Part shown: piece after piece, positions 57,976 to 64,000 of the stretch
Numbering within the stretch: the stretch's first letter is position 1
How the letters are laid out: each line of letters opens with the position of its first letter
From: a bacterium
Lineage (GTDB): Bacteria; Patescibacteriota; Minisyncoccia; UBA6257; 02-FULL-45-10c
DNA length: 64,000 nucleotides
Direction: 5' to 3'
Assembly: GCA_021786945.1 (NCBI GenBank)
Contig: JAJYMK010000003.1
Coordinates: 393,471-457,470 of the forward strand
Notes under the pieces: model-generated
The model's input: the letters and a program-made list of their open reading frames with translations, nothing else
Told to the model about the DNA's origin: nothing
The model's database searches: none
Position numbers and translations under genes: made by a program

Positions 57976-58037
57976 TGTTATAAAGATAACTTAATTATAT
58001 ACTGTTAAAATAATGGACTAAATAAAGTCCAACCAAT

Positions 58038-58109
58038 GCCCTTGTCGTTCAATGGATAGGATATCTGGCTTCGAACCAGAGGATGGGGGTTCGATTCCCT
58101 CCGGGGGCA
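58038..58109 (+). tRNA. tRNA-Arg(TCG)
   Basis: acceptor GCCCTTG/CGGGGGC with GU pairs, anticodon loop CTTCGAA, T-arm GGGGG-TTCGATT-CCCTC; terminator hairpin follows at 58122-58146. Confidence 0.65.
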
Positions 58110-58167
58110 CATTAAAAATAGAGCGGCCAACCGCTTTATTTTTTTAAAAAAGATTTTTTAAGCTTCG

Positions 58168-58240
58168 TGCGCCCACAAGGGATCGAACCTTGGACCGTCT
58201 CCTTAAGAGGGAGCTGCTCTACCAGCTGAGCTATGGGCGC
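58168..58240 (-). tRNA. tRNA-Lys(CTT)
   Basis: acceptor GCGCCCA, D-arm GCTCAGCTGGTAGAGC, anticodon loop CTCTTAA, T-arm CAAGG-TTCGATC-CCTTG. Confidence 0.8.
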
Positions 58241-58293
58241 ATCTTTAATCTATAAATATTAAATCAAAAACTGGTTAAATTCAACATTTTTAT

Positions 58294-59058
58294 CTATTCA
58301 TAATAACCTACTCTTCTCAACCAATAATCATTTTCCCACTCCCAAAGCTTCTTGGCACCCAAAAACGCCTGAAAATCAGACTTCCAAAAAGGAAATTCTT
58401 GCATTTCTACTACACCTCTTAAATCAGACCATTCATGCTCGTCATTTAAACACAGAGCCTTTAAGCCTTTTTTTATCTTATCTCTTCCGCCTTTTGGCCT
58501 AAGGGTGGCGCCGCAACGCAAACAGGTTTTATTCTGGTCTATCCTCAAAATCCACCTTGTTTCTAAAGACGGTATTTCGTCCAATAAAGCCTCAATATAA
58601 GCCGAAGTTTGTAAATTATAATCTCTATATATAGATTGTGATGTCTTTATGTCTAATACCCCAAATTTACCGTCAATCAAAGCAAGGGCGTCGATAGTTC
58701 CAGCATATTTATGAGTTGGATGAAAGATTCTTTTTTCTACCATATCCTTTTCCACATGAATATTTGTCTTATTAAGAAATTCAAAAAAAGCATCAACTGC
58801 AGGCTTTATTTTTTCTGGAATAGCCACGTCTTCTCCAACCATAATTTTTTCTACAGTCTCATGTATTAAAGTCCCCTCTTTAGCGGAAGTTTCAGTCATA
58901 GCTTTAGCGGCCTCATGGCTCGGCATATCGCCATAAAACTTATAAAGGGCGGGTTTAGATTTTATTTCAACAATCTTTGTAACGCGAGGATACCAAAAAC
59001 CATCTATTTCATAACCGCACTCCTCTTTAAAAGTTTTTTCATTTTTAAAATATGCCAT
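58294..59058 (-). CDS. PD-(D/E)XK-superfamily nuclease, Cas4/RecB-nuclease-domain-like, with a one-plus-three cysteine pattern
   Basis: motif IDALALIDGKFGVLDIKTS...YNLQTSAYIEA (D...D/E-x-K then QxxxY); Cys14 near the N-terminus plus C-terminal CLRC...C; 254 aa; no CRISPR array or other cas genes in the window. Confidence 0.55.
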   Translation of the reverse strand: MAYFKNEKTFKEECGYEIDGFWYPRVTKIVEIKSKPALYKFYGDMPSHEAAKAMTETSAKEGTLIHETVEKIMVGEDVAIPEKIKPAVDAFFEFLNKTNIHVEKDMVEKRIFHPTHKYAGTIDALALIDGKFGVLDIKTSQSIYRDYNLQTSAYIEALLDEIPSLETRWILRIDQNKTCLRCGATLRPKGGRDKIKKGLKALCLNDEHEWSDLRGVVEMQEFPFWKSDFQAFLGAKKLWEWENDYWLRRVGYYE

Positions 59059-59076
59059 ATGATATCAATATTTTTA

Positions 59077-59178
59077 TTAATTAAAACCAAATGCTCCCAA
59101 AATAAAAGGTTTAAATATCATCCCTAAAATAAAAATAACCACAAACAAAACCACGTAAAACAAAAAAGGCCTTGCCAT
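59077..59178 (-). CDS. possible small hydrophobic peptide (33 aa, MARPFLFYVVLFVVIFILGMIFKPFILGAFGFN) filling the gap between the PAP2-like gene and the nuclease gene
   Basis: hand-translated; exactly spans the 125-nt intergenic gap; only hydrophobic character supports it. Confidence 0.2.
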   Translation of the reverse strand: MARPFLFYVVLFVVIFILGMIFKPFILGAFGFN

Positions 59179-59183
59179 AAAAA

Positions 59184-59822
59184 TTAATCCTGTTTTAAAT
59201 AATTATAATCATTTTTGAAAACATACTCAGAAATCCTGAAAATACCGTAAGTCATAAAAAAAGCTGCAAATACATCTATTGAATAATGCAGGTGTCCAAG
59301 CAATACAGAAACTCCGGCGATTAAACTTGCCAATATAAAGATATACCTAAGTTTTTTCTTGTCCCAGAAAATCAAAGCCATTAAAAATGGCAGACCGGTA
59401 TGTCCAGAAAAAAATAAATCTCCTCCAAATACAAAAAATTTATTTATGCTGTTTATGATAAGCGGTGACTGATCCGGCGACGGCCCAATATGTGTAAGCG
59501 ATATGGAAATGGAACGTATTATAAAAAAAATTGCCGTGCTTTTTAAAACAAAGGGAATGTATTTGGGATAAAAAAACAATAATAATGCCAAAAAAGAAAT
59601 AAAAATAATTGCCCCGTCCAAAAATATAAAATCAACATTCATGGCTGGTACATTATCTAAAACAATATCTGTCACTGCTGGCCCGGCATGTTCTGTGGCG
59701 TATACGCCGGCATTGTAATTAATGATCAAGCTTGCAATCAACAATAAAAAGCCAACTAAGACTGAGACTAAGAAAGTCTTCTGCGACCAATGAACCCTAT
59801 GTTTTCCTATAATTCCCTCCAT
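59184..59822 (-). CDS. PAP2-like superfamily membrane protein (tentative)
   Basis: 6 TM helices; degenerate PAP2-like motifs FFSGHTG and GHLHYSIDV. Confidence 0.4.
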   Translation of the reverse strand: MEGIIGKHRVHWSQKTFLVSVLVGFLLLIASLIINYNAGVYATEHAGPAVTDIVLDNVPAMNVDFIFLDGAIIFISFLALLLFFYPKYIPFVLKSTAIFFIIRSISISLTHIGPSPDQSPLIINSINKFFVFGGDLFFSGHTGLPFLMALIFWDKKKLRYIFILASLIAGVSVLLGHLHYSIDVFAAFFMTYGIFRISEYVFKNDYNYLKQD

Positions 59823-59853
59823 GGGTAATAATATAAACCCAAAAAGATTTTTT

Positions 59854-60864
59854 TTAAATACCTAATAAATTTTTATAAATATCTGATGTTTTTTGGGCTA
59901 AAAATTCGATGCTCTTATTTTGAGCCAAAATTTTTGCCCCCCTGCTCAATCTTTCCCTCAATTCTTTATCGGCAATAAGTTGTTTCAAATAATTTTCAAA
60001 CTCTTCCATATTTTTTGCTTTAAGGCAGTTTTCATTATGAACCAGCCAGCCATTATAAACCGGGATATCCCGTACTAAAATCGGTAAACCAACGGCCGCA
60101 GCTTCCAAAATAGACATACCCTCATTTTCTTCATAAGAAGGAAAAATAAAAACATCTAAGGTGTTGTAAGCGGCAGCTATATCGTCAACATGTCCGGTAA
60201 ATTTCGTATTCGCCGGTAATTTTTCCGGCAATCCCTGTGAAAGCAACTTGCTGTAAATTTTTCCAAACCAAACAAATTGATTTTTAGGAAACTTCTCAGC
60301 TAGGGCCAAAAAAGTATCTATTCCTTTTCTGGGAATAACCAGCCCTGTAATACCCACAACGATTCCAGATAAATCGTATTGTTTTCGCGCCAATTCCCTT
60401 CTGCCGGAATCATAAAAATATTTTTTAACATCTACCCCATTGGACATAACCACGATTTTGGAAGCGGCGATGCCATAATTAATCAAAAGATTTTTTGTGT
60501 ATTCACTGGGAGAAAAAATAATATCAGCCTGATTATAAGCATAACCCAGATATTTTTTGGCTATAGGAGATAAAATATTACTAAATCTGAATACGCCTCT
60601 TATATCTTCGGCGCTGACATGGGACCAAATTATAACTTTCTTACCCATTCTTTTAGCTTTTTTAATCAAATACAGTGATTTGAGCCACGGCGTGTTTATC
60701 TGTAAAATATCACAAGAATCATCCCATTTTTCAGTAAATTCAATCCCCATGCTTTTCAAGATAACCCGCTGATTTTTATAAGAAGACAAGAGGCCTGTAC
60801 CTATTTTTTTAAACAAAATTCCTCCTAAAAAATGATAAAACTCCAAATAAAGACAAATTTTCAT
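59854..60864 (-). CDS. GT4-family (GT-B) glycosyltransferase
   Basis: C-terminal EENEGMSILEAAAVGLPILV motif (E-x7-E), Rossmann-like C-terminal domain. Confidence 0.75.
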   Translation of the reverse strand: MKICLYLEFYHFLGGILFKKIGTGLLSSYKNQRVILKSMGIEFTEKWDDSCDILQINTPWLKSLYLIKKAKRMGKKVIIWSHVSAEDIRGVFRFSNILSPIAKKYLGYAYNQADIIFSPSEYTKNLLINYGIAASKIVVMSNGVDVKKYFYDSGRRELARKQYDLSGIVVGITGLVIPRKGIDTFLALAEKFPKNQFVWFGKIYSKLLSQGLPEKLPANTKFTGHVDDIAAAYNTLDVFIFPSYEENEGMSILEAAAVGLPILVRDIPVYNGWLVHNENCLKAKNMEEFENYLKQLIADKELRERLSRGAKILAQNKSIEFLAQKTSDIYKNLLGI

Positions 60865-60865
60865 G

Positions 60866-62035
60866 TTATTTATTTTTAATTACTTTTTTATAGGCCTCTT
60901 CTAATAATTTTACAATTTTTTCTTCGGAAAATTCCAATGCTAATTCCCTTGAAGCTAAAGCAAATTTATGTCTGAGCTTATCGTCTTCACACAGCTCGAC
61001 AATTTTCTTGGCAATATCTTCAAAAACATCGGGAGCGACAATGAATCCGTTTTTATTATTTTTGACTATCTCGGGAACGCCCAAGGAATCGACTCCAATA
61101 ACCGGTAGTCCCGCCGACATAGCTTCCATAACGGAAAGTGGCATGTTTTCGCTCTTACTTGCAGTTATAAAAACATCTCCGGCTTGAAGAATTTTCAAAA
61201 GCTCTTTGCCTCGCGCAAAGCCATAAAATATAACTTTATCTTCAACTCCGATTTTTTTGGAAAGTTCTTTCAGATTTTCCTTATATGGCCCATCTCCCAC
61301 AATCATTAATTTCAAGCCGTGAATTTTTTTTGTGGCTATAGCCAAAGCCCTTATTACCTGATCAATACTTTTTTCATAACTTACCCTGCCCATATAGACC
61401 AATAGCTTCCCTTTTATATCTAAATCCTCTTTAAGTTTTTTCTTCTCATCTTCACTTCCGGCCGGAATAAAAAACTCTGTATCTATAAAATTTGGTACAA
61501 TTTGAGCCAAACTCTTCAGCTTCCCGATCTTTAAAGCCTCTAGCAAGGATTTTGATGGGCTCAAAATAAGATTGCATCTATTATAAAAAGCCATAGTTGA
61601 ATGCCATGTGAGCTTTTTTATTTTTTCAAAATCCAAATAAACATACTTAAGATAATGATCAAAAAAAGTGTGGTGAGTGCCTACAATCGGAATGCCGAAT
61701 ATTTTTCCAGCCAAAACAGCTTCAATACCAACACCAAATGGAGTATGTAAATGAATTACATCCGGTTTAAATTTAGCGATTTCTTTAATTCCGAAACCCA
61801 TCGGAATGGTAAGTCTCTCCCCTGGATAACCAAAAAACGGAAGTGAAGGTAAAAAAATAAGACTGGGATTATCCGAATAACCAGAAAGTTTCTTGCTGGC
61901 ATCTTTAGATGAAGTTGCGATAAAAACACGCACTTCGTGCCCGTTCTTCGCCAAAGCCGCGGCTGATTTCCAGACAAAATGAGAAACTCCATTTATTTGG
62001 GGCGGAAATGTATCGGTAAAAATTGCGATTTTCAT
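60866..62035 (-). CDS. GT4-family (GT-B) glycosyltransferase
   Basis: N-terminus MKIAIFTDTFPPQINGVSHFV, C-terminal SKSENMPLSVMEAMSAGLPVI motif. Confidence 0.85.
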   Translation of the reverse strand: MKIAIFTDTFPPQINGVSHFVWKSAAALAKNGHEVRVFIATSSKDASKKLSGYSDNPSLIFLPSLPFFGYPGERLTIPMGFGIKEIAKFKPDVIHLHTPFGVGIEAVLAGKIFGIPIVGTHHTFFDHYLKYVYLDFEKIKKLTWHSTMAFYNRCNLILSPSKSLLEALKIGKLKSLAQIVPNFIDTEFFIPAGSEDEKKKLKEDLDIKGKLLVYMGRVSYEKSIDQVIRALAIATKKIHGLKLMIVGDGPYKENLKELSKKIGVEDKVIFYGFARGKELLKILQAGDVFITASKSENMPLSVMEAMSAGLPVIGVDSLGVPEIVKNNKNGFIVAPDVFEDIAKKIVELCEDDKLRHKFALASRELALEFSEEKIVKLLEEAYKKVIKNK

Positions 62036-62036
62036 T

Positions 62037-62900
62037 TTATATATTCCTTAAAAATTCTAAAATTTCTTCTGTAACCTCCTCCTGAGAATTAGTTCCGACA
62101 AAATGACTATTTGTTTTGGAAAAAATAATTTTGGCATCCGGTAATTTTTCTTTGACTTCGCCAATTTCTTTTTTAGTGATGAAGGGATCATGCCCGCTGT
62201 ATATCAAAAGCGCCGGTACCTTAATTTTTCCTATAACATCCCTAAAATCAAAGGATACGGTTTGGGTAATAAGCCATAAATTCACCGAAATTGGCATAGT
62301 TCTGAGACCATCCAAAACAGAATCCCAGTATCCTGCCGCCTTACCGTGCTGATAATAATGATACTCTTTTCTTTCTTGCCATAAAAGCAGATTTGCCAAC
62401 TGTTCAACTATCCAGATCCCAATACGCGTTATAAAGCCTAAACCTCTGTATTCCAGAGGATTGGCATGATTTGCACCCAAAACTATTAAACCACCCAAAA
62501 ACTCCGGGTATTTAGCGGCATAATCAAAAGAGATGGATCCGCCAAAAGAATAACCAACCAAAATCGGTTTTTCTATTTTTTCCTTATCCACTATTTTTTT
62601 TAAATCTTCAGAAAAAACCGGTATTTGATATAAATTCTTATCCTTGGTCTTATCGGAAAAGCCGTGCCCGCGTAAATCAACGGAAATACTGTTGTATTTA
62701 TTTTCGTGAAGTACATTAATTATCCCCGTCCAAGTCGTATGATTCGAAGAAAGTCCATGAATAAAAATCAAAGTCGGCCTGCCCGGAAAAGAAATGTCGG
62801 AAAAATAAAAAACCTTGCCGTTCCTATTCTCTATATACTTTTTTTCCAAATCAACGTTATTCATAAGACCTGTCCTTTTCTTTTTTGTTGTAATAGGCAA
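62037..62900 (-). CDS. alpha/beta-fold hydrolase
   Basis: nucleophile elbow GYSFGG, HGLSSNHTTW oxyanion region; 287 aa. Confidence 0.7.
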   Translation of the reverse strand: MPITTKKKRTGLMNNVDLEKKYIENRNGKVFYFSDISFPGRPTLIFIHGLSSNHTTWTGIINVLHENKYNSISVDLRGHGFSDKTKDKNLYQIPVFSEDLKKIVDKEKIEKPILVGYSFGGSISFDYAAKYPEFLGGLIVLGANHANPLEYRGLGFITRIGIWIVEQLANLLLWQERKEYHYYQHGKAAGYWDSVLDGLRTMPISVNLWLITQTVSFDFRDVIGKIKVPALLIYSGHDPFITKKEIGEVKEKLPDAKIIFSKTNSHFVGTNSQEEVTEEILEFLRNI

Positions 62901-63450
62901 AAAATACTAAGGTAACCACGATACCAATACAAATCGAAGCGGCGCCAAAAAATTCAAAAAAAGAATTTATCTTTCCCACTGCCTGTCCAAAATAAAAACC
63001 GGCTAAAAGCAACAATAAAGATTTCACCAAGGTAGCCGTCATATTGGCAAATACAAATTTAGAAAAAGCCATTTTTGCCAATCCTGCGGCCACTAAAAAT
63101 AAGGCGCCTATTCCATGTGTCATCTTTCCTATAAAAAGAGTTTTATCACCGTGCTTTTCAAAATGTTTTTCAACGTGCTCCACCCTATCGGCCCTCAAGC
63201 CAATATATTTTCCCCATTTTTCCAAGAAACTTTCCCTTCCGAATCTGCCAATAGCATAATAAATAATATCACCGCCCAAATCTCCGGCCACCACCACCGC
63301 GTAAGTTATAAAAAAATTTAAATATCCAAGAGACGCTGCCAAACCTGCAATCACGGTTACAATAGGACCTTCTATAACCACCAATGGAAATAAAATAAAA
63401 TATCCGTATATTTGCAGCCAATTTATAATTTGATCCGCTGAAAAAGTCAT
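62857..63450 (-). CDS. DedA/TVP38-family membrane protein
   Basis: DedA signature (F.L..V.IEGPIVTVIAGLAASLG, re-entrant loops), 197 aa; 44-bp overlap with the hydrolase gene. Confidence 0.75.
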   Translation of the reverse strand: MTFSADQIINWLQIYGYFILFPLVVIEGPIVTVIAGLAASLGYLNFFITYAVVVAGDLGGDIIYYAIGRFGRESFLEKWGKYIGLRADRVEHVEKHFEKHGDKTLFIGKMTHGIGALFLVAAGLAKMAFSKFVFANMTATLVKSLLLLLAGFYFGQAVGKINSFFEFFGAASICIGIVVTLVFFAYYNKKEKDRSYE

Positions 63451-63488
63451 TTAATATTTAAAATATCTTAATCAAGTTTTTAAAATTG

Positions 63489-63559
63489 TTCCGGAACAGG
63501 GATTCGAACCCCAATTTTCGCTTCCAGAGAGCGACGTCCTACCATTAGACGATTCCGGA
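63489..63559 (-). tRNA. tRNA-Gln(CTG)
   Basis: acceptor TCCGGAA/TTCCGGA, anticodon loop CTCTGGA, T-loop TTCGAAT. Confidence 0.7.
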
Positions 63560-63751
63560 ATAAATAAATATATAAAATATATCTTTAAATATAATATACT
63601 TTAAATTCAAAAAATTCCATACCAGGCAGTGAAAATTCAATAGTAAAAAAAATATACATAGCAATTATTTTAGACGGTTATTAAAATTAAATTTAATTTG
63701 CCCGATATTCATATATTGATTGAATTTCTACTGCCCGGCATAGCCCATTGA

Positions 63752-63811
63752 CCCCGCACCTTTAGAAAATTAACAAAAAAAACAAAGTCTTGATTCTCTA
63801 AAAGTGCGGGG
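63752..63811. repeat. near-perfect 18-bp inverted repeat (CCCCGCACCTTTAGAAAA ... TTCTCTAAAAGTGCGGGG) with a 24-nt A-rich loop; TTGACT follows immediately
   Basis: read directly from the sequence: 17 of 18 positions complementary; not followed by a T-run on either strand, so not a canonical terminator. Confidence 0.5.
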
Positions 63812-63878
63812 TTGACTTACGTTTCCTAAGTAGTAACCTAAAAGTAGGAGAAGTTCTTTAATAAAAAAACTTATCTTG

Positions 63879-64000
63879 CTAATAATTCCTAAGCGCGTTG
63901 CTGAGATAAGTTGAAAATTTCAAGGCATGCCGACGAGCTAGTGGTGTATACCACAGCGAGGAGGCATAACACAGAAATTTTCAATTCTTAGATAGCAACC
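63879..64000 (+). ncRNA. structured element copy B, homologous to 13947-14066, truncated by the window end
   Basis: colinear blocks TAATAATTCCTAAGCGCGTTG, CAAGGCA, CGACGAG, hairpin GTGGT-GTAT-ACCAC, CGAGGAGG, ...AGCAACC; block lengths match copy A almost exactly (21/20/7/10/27/36 vs 21/20/7/10/27/35). Confidence 0.5.

Noticed and set aside
1-64000. CRISPR array or cas operon
   Set aside because: I scanned intergenic regions for short regularly spaced direct repeats and found none. The only Cas-like protein is the solo Cas4-like nuclease at 58294-59058.
63879-64000. Calling element B a tmRNA gene because CAAGGCAUGCCGACGAG resembles tmRNA PK1 (CAAGGUGCAUGCCGAGG)
   Set aside because: The upstream 40 nt do not form a G-rich acceptor or D-like start. 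The match is short, and a second homologous copy sits in the glyS leader, which tmRNA would not explain.

Overview
This 64 kb window is AT-rich (about 33% GC), gene-dense, mostly minus-strand chromosomal DNA that looks like a reduced-genome bacterium of the Candidate Phyla Radiation / Patescibacteria type. That placement is inferred from composition and gene content, not from any search. Most of it is housekeeping:

- Aminoacyl-tRNA synthetases: leuS, metG and a dimeric-type glyS.
- Transcription: rpoB-rpoC and an ECF sigma factor with an adjacent membrane protein.
- Ribosomal proteins: the rpsF-ssb-rpsR block and rplS.
- DNA metabolism: topA, dprA, a RecO-like protein, a ParB-like protein, dut and a deoxynucleoside kinase.
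- RNA and tRNA modification: truB, queA, rsmE, rluA, a CCA-adding enzyme and a RelA/SpoT-family Rel protein.
- Stable RNAs: an unlinked 23S-5S rRNA pair with no adjacent 16S, and nine tRNA genes. Only tRNA-Leu(CAA) encodes CCA.
- Cell envelope: MltG, a FtsW/RodA-family protein, two PAP2 phosphatases, two GT4 glycosyltransferases, DedA and a CDP-alcohol phosphatidyltransferase.
- Surface proteins: an Fn3-like repeat protein, a DUF11-like protein, a DUF4012-like protein and a type IV pilin fused to a LamG domain.

Features that the ordinary annotation does not explain:

1. Two colinear, roughly 70% identical, approximately 120-nt structured elements, each containing a hairpin whose closing base pair changes in a compensatory way. 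One lies in the 5' leader of glyS on the minus strand (13947-14066). The other is on the plus strand and is cut off by the window end (63879-64000). This is the strongest candidate for an undescribed system.
2. A type IV pilin N-terminus (61 codons) and a 436-codon LamG-domain ORF lie in the same frame, separated only by a TAA stop and seven further in-frame codons.
3. Two paralogous small hydrophobic peptides (about 39 and 49 aa) flank the Fn3-like surface protein gene. Each stop codon is embedded in a convergent terminator, and both share the 3' motif TTCAAATAAA.
4. A roughly 240-nt GC-rich structured intergenic island between tatD and metG (8395-8640) that I could not assign to an RNA family.
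5. A roughly 2 kb island of higher GC (about 45%) with three uncharacterised genes, wedged between the 23S rRNA and tRNA-Ala.
6. A solo Cas4-like PD-(D/E)XK nuclease with four cysteines, next to tRNA-Lys.

No CRISPR array and no recognisable mobile element (transposase or integrase) were seen. Protein calls rest on motif recognition by eye in the supplied six-frame translations. No database search or structure prediction was run.
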